DNA from: Ignavibacteriales bacterium
GTDB lineage: Bacteria; Bacteroidota; Ignavibacteria; UBA10030
DNA length: 64,000 nucleotides
Direction: 5' to 3'
Assembly (NCBI GenBank): GCA_016186715.1
Contig: JACPLA010000021.1
Location: 640 to 64,639, forward strand
This document shows positions 61,668 to 64,000 of this stretch, piece after piece. The first letter of the stretch is position 1; the number at the start of each line of letters is the position of its first letter. The notes under the pieces were generated by a model that saw only the letters and a list, made by a program, of their open reading frames with translations, was not told the DNA's origin and ran no database searches. The position numbers and the translations under genes are program-made.

Positions 61668-61714
61668 TTACTGTTGAGCCCTCTGTCGTGATCGGATGTG
61701 GTGACAGTGTACCA

Positions 61715-63061
61715 TCAAGCCTCCGCCGCGCCCTGCACTTGCAGGAGCTGCTGAATCCGGCGTTTGTTATTTGCGTAGTTGAGCGCGTTCTCGAGCGAAA
61801 TTCTCTTTCCCATGTACAGCCGCTTCAGGTCCTGCTCCATGGTGATCATTCCGAGCTCGGATCCCTCCGATATCATCTGATAGATTTCACTCGTGTTATT
61901 ATTCTTGATCGCCGCCCGCACCGAGGGCGCACCAAGAAGAACCTCACGGGCGAGAACGCGTTTCCCGTCGAGACTGGGGACAAGTTTCTGGGAAAGGACA
62001 CAGCGAACCGTGTCCGCCAGACGGTTTCTCACACGTTCTTGTTCGATCGGCGGAGTTTCACCGATAATCCTGTCAATACTCTCCACCGCCGACGCCGTGT
62101 GGAGCGTCGAGAACACCTTATGCCCCGAGTCGGTGATTTCCAGGGCAGTCAGAATCGTTTCAGGGTCGCGGAGCTCACCGATCATGATGATGTCCGGATC
62201 CTGGCGCAGCGCCTGGATAGCTCCCTCTTTGAAGGAAAGGACATCTCTTCCTACTTCACGGTGACGGATAATGCAGCGGTCCGACTTGTGAACATATTCG
62301 ATCGGAGAAGCAATGATGACGATATGGCCGTCAACACTGTGGTTGTTCGCATCGATAATCGAATCAAGTGTCGAGCTTTTGCCAGAACCAGTGATACCGG
62401 TGACGAGACAGAGTCCCTCTTTCGTATGGGCCAGGCTCAGGACTTTCAGAACATTCGCGTGGAGATCAAGTCCTTTGATTGAGCGGACCGAATTGTTGAT
62501 GGCGCGCATGTTGAGCGCCAGTTGGTCCAGATCGAAGTACGCATCGGCGCGAAACCGCCGGAATTCCCCGCCTTCCTGAAAAAGCATATGCGAAAAATCA
62601 AGATTCCTGTTTTCATAGAGAAAACTTCTCTGCCGGTCCCCGATCACGCTCTGAATCAAAACGTTCATGTCGTCCGGGGAATACTTGCCAAAAGTCGGAT
62701 CCGGCTTCTTGTTTCCGAACACTCTGTACCATACATAACCCTGGGAGCCGTACCCCCCCATATCGATATCCGACGCGCTGTTCGCGAACATCCGGCCGAG
62801 GAAATGGTTGATCGTATTCCTCAGTTTTTCTTTCTGCCCTTCATCCATTCGGCCCAGAATATCGCCAATCATCATCTGGCGTTCGAGGCCCAGGACGGTC
62901 TTAGGCAGTTGCGCCGTCGAGTCGTTGAGGATTTTCCTCGCCTCGGCGAGAACCGGAGAGTGGTCAAGGGGCGCGGCGGGAGCTTGCACGGAGGGGTTTT
63001 TTGGGGGTGCTGCCGCTTGGGCTTTCTGATCCTGAGCTTGCACAGCCATTACAGCCTCCAA
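61715..63061 (-). CDS. pilT: type IV pilus retraction ATPase PilT/PilU family
   Basis: Walker A GITGSGKSST, a His box, and a C-terminal AIKNN...EG motif. The N-terminal 60 aa are low-complexity, so the start may be internal. Confidence 0.85.
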   Translation of the reverse strand: MEAVMAVQAQDQKAQAAAPPKNPSVQAPAAPLDHSPVLAEARKILNDSTAQLPKTVLGLERQMMIGDILGRMDEGQKEKLRNTINHFLGRMFANSASDIDMGGYGSQGYVWYRVFGNKKPDPTFGKYSPDDMNVLIQSVIGDRQRSFLYENRNLDFSHMLFQEGGEFRRFRADAYFDLDQLALNMRAINNSVRSIKGLDLHANVLKVLSLAHTKEGLCLVTGITGSGKSSTLDSIIDANNHSVDGHIVIIASPIEYVHKSDRCIIRHREVGRDVLSFKEGAIQALRQDPDIIMIGELRDPETILTALEITDSGHKVFSTLHTASAVESIDRIIGETPPIEQERVRNRLADTVRCVLSQKLVPSLDGKRVLAREVLLGAPSVRAAIKNNNTSEIYQMISEGSELGMITMEQDLKRLYMGKRISLENALNYANNKRRIQQLLQVQGAAEA

Positions 63062-63207
63062 AAGGCGTTTGACAGTGGGGGAATTAAGAAACAGCTCACT
63101 TCCACATGAGCCCGATAATAAGAAACTACAGGCGAAAATGCAACTCCCTTAAAGGAAAAAATGCGACGGATTGTGCTTTTCCAATGATTTCAACCCTGAA
63201 CCCCATG

Positions 63208-63320
63208 TGGAAGTCCGGTTTCTCCCTGCGCCGCCAGATAGAAGTCCGATTTCTCCCCGTGCCGCCAGGTAGAAGTCCGATTTCTCCCCGCGCCGTCTAT
63301 AGGAGAAATCGGACTTCTAC
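63208..63320. repeat. three direct repeats of a roughly 31-bp unit followed by an inverted partial copy
   Basis: Units are (g/t)agaagtccg(g/a)tttctccc(c)g(c/t)gccgcca(g)(a/g). The inverted copy is ggagaaatcggacttctac. It lies 150-260 bp upstream of pilT. Confidence 0.6.
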
Positions 63321-63496
63321 CCTCGCCAAAAAAAATGCCACCTTCTGGGAGATGGCATTACGAGATAACGAACTGACGAAATAACCAATCAACGAATTGA
63401 CAAAGCGACGAATCACAGCGAAGATTTGAACGGTTTTCTGTCAGCGCCTCACCGGCCGGTCATCTCAGCCCTTACCCTTCACCCTTCACCACGCTC

Positions 63497-63961
63497 TTAT
63501 TTGACAAAGAGCATCTTCCTCATGACCGACTGCCCGCCGGACTCCAGGCGCGAGACGTAGACTCCGGTCGGAAGAGCCGATGCGTCGAACGTTGCCCGAT
63601 AGAGTCTTCCTGCGACCGCTTCTCCTTCGAAGAGAACGGCGACTTCCTGGCCGAGCATGTTATAGACCCTCAGGACGGCGCGGCCGTCTTCAGGAACGGT
63701 GAAGGAAATATTCGTCGTTGGATTAAACGGATTCGGGTAGTTAGGCTCAAGTGCAAGCTCCTGAGGAGCGAGACCGACTTCGACCTCCGCTGCAGAGTAG
63801 TACGTGTATGCTCCGCTGAAATCGATTTGCTTGATGCGGTACGCGTAGCGACCGGGCCAGAGGTCTGAATCAACGAATGAATATTCGCGGGGATCGGTTG
63901 TGGTGCCCGCTCCCTGAACAAATCCCACACGCGCCCATCCCTCTTGCTCCTCCGCCCCCAC
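63497..63961 (-). CDS. T9SS C-terminal-sorting-domain protein, C-terminal part (the gene continues beyond the window)
   Basis: NYPNPFNPTTNISFTVPEDGRAVLRVYNMLGQEV...YVSRL is the Por secretion tail. Confidence 0.7.
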   Translation of the reverse strand: MGAEEQEGWARVGFVQGAGTTTDPREYSFVDSDLWPGRYAYRIKQIDFSGAYTYYSAAEVEVGLAPQELALEPNYPNPFNPTTNISFTVPEDGRAVLRVYNMLGQEVAVLFEGEAVAGRLYRATFDASALPTGVYVSRLESGGQSVMRKMLFVK

Positions 63962-64000
63962 GCTCCTCCGCTCAATCTCAAAGCCGTAGTTGTTCAGCTC

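Noticed and set aside
63208-63320. Possible mini-CRISPR array
   Set aside because: The repeat units abut directly with no unique spacers, there are only 3 copies, and no cas genes are present. It is a tandem repeat, not CRISPR.

Overview
This 64-kb window comes from a Gram-negative bacterium of the Fibrobacteres-Chlorobi-Bacteroidetes type. The evidence is T9SS C-terminal sorting domains, a bifunctional LpxC/FabZ gene, and the order bamA-skp-skp-lpxD-lpxC/fabZ-lpxA. The window splits into two parts. The left part, about 2.5 to 27 kb, is mosaic and looks horizontally acquired. It holds a complete form-I aerobic carbon-monoxide dehydrogenase cluster: coxM, coxS, coxL with the AYRCSFR active-site motif, then coxG, coxD, coxE, two xdhC-type chaperones, moaA and mocA. 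That cluster carries some unusual fusions. TetR and CoxM lie in one ORF, one XdhC carries a YHS metal-binding tail, and there is a MerF-like membrane protein with vicinal cysteines. It is bracketed by three diverged, same-orientation paralogs of a tandem-HTH XRE-family regulator plus one fragment. These paralogs share near-identical blocks of about 140 bp and a conserved non-coding leader. Other gene debris sits alongside: a T9SS sorting-domain remnant, a truncated and frameshifted comM, and a four-helix-bundle gene stub. Between HTH copies B and C lies a second module. It has a TonB-dependent receptor, two tandem DUF71/Dph6-like PP-loop ATPases, a BtuF-like binding protein with no signal peptide, and a small membrane protein. 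The right part, 27 to 64 kb, is ordinary core genome. It contains apaG, slyD, surE, panB, lplA-like, the lpx genes, skp, bamA, uppS, clpC, cspA, an S9 peptidase, citrate synthase, hemB, hemL, and a type IV pilus operon running pilT, pilMN, pilO, pilQ. This part carries several repeat and structural elements. Two copies of a roughly 90-bp palindrome flank a four-helix-bundle (23S-IVS/Avd-like) gene. There is a MITE-like element with terminal inverted repeats. A 3x tandem repeat sits upstream of pilT. No integrase, CRISPR array or tRNA was seen.
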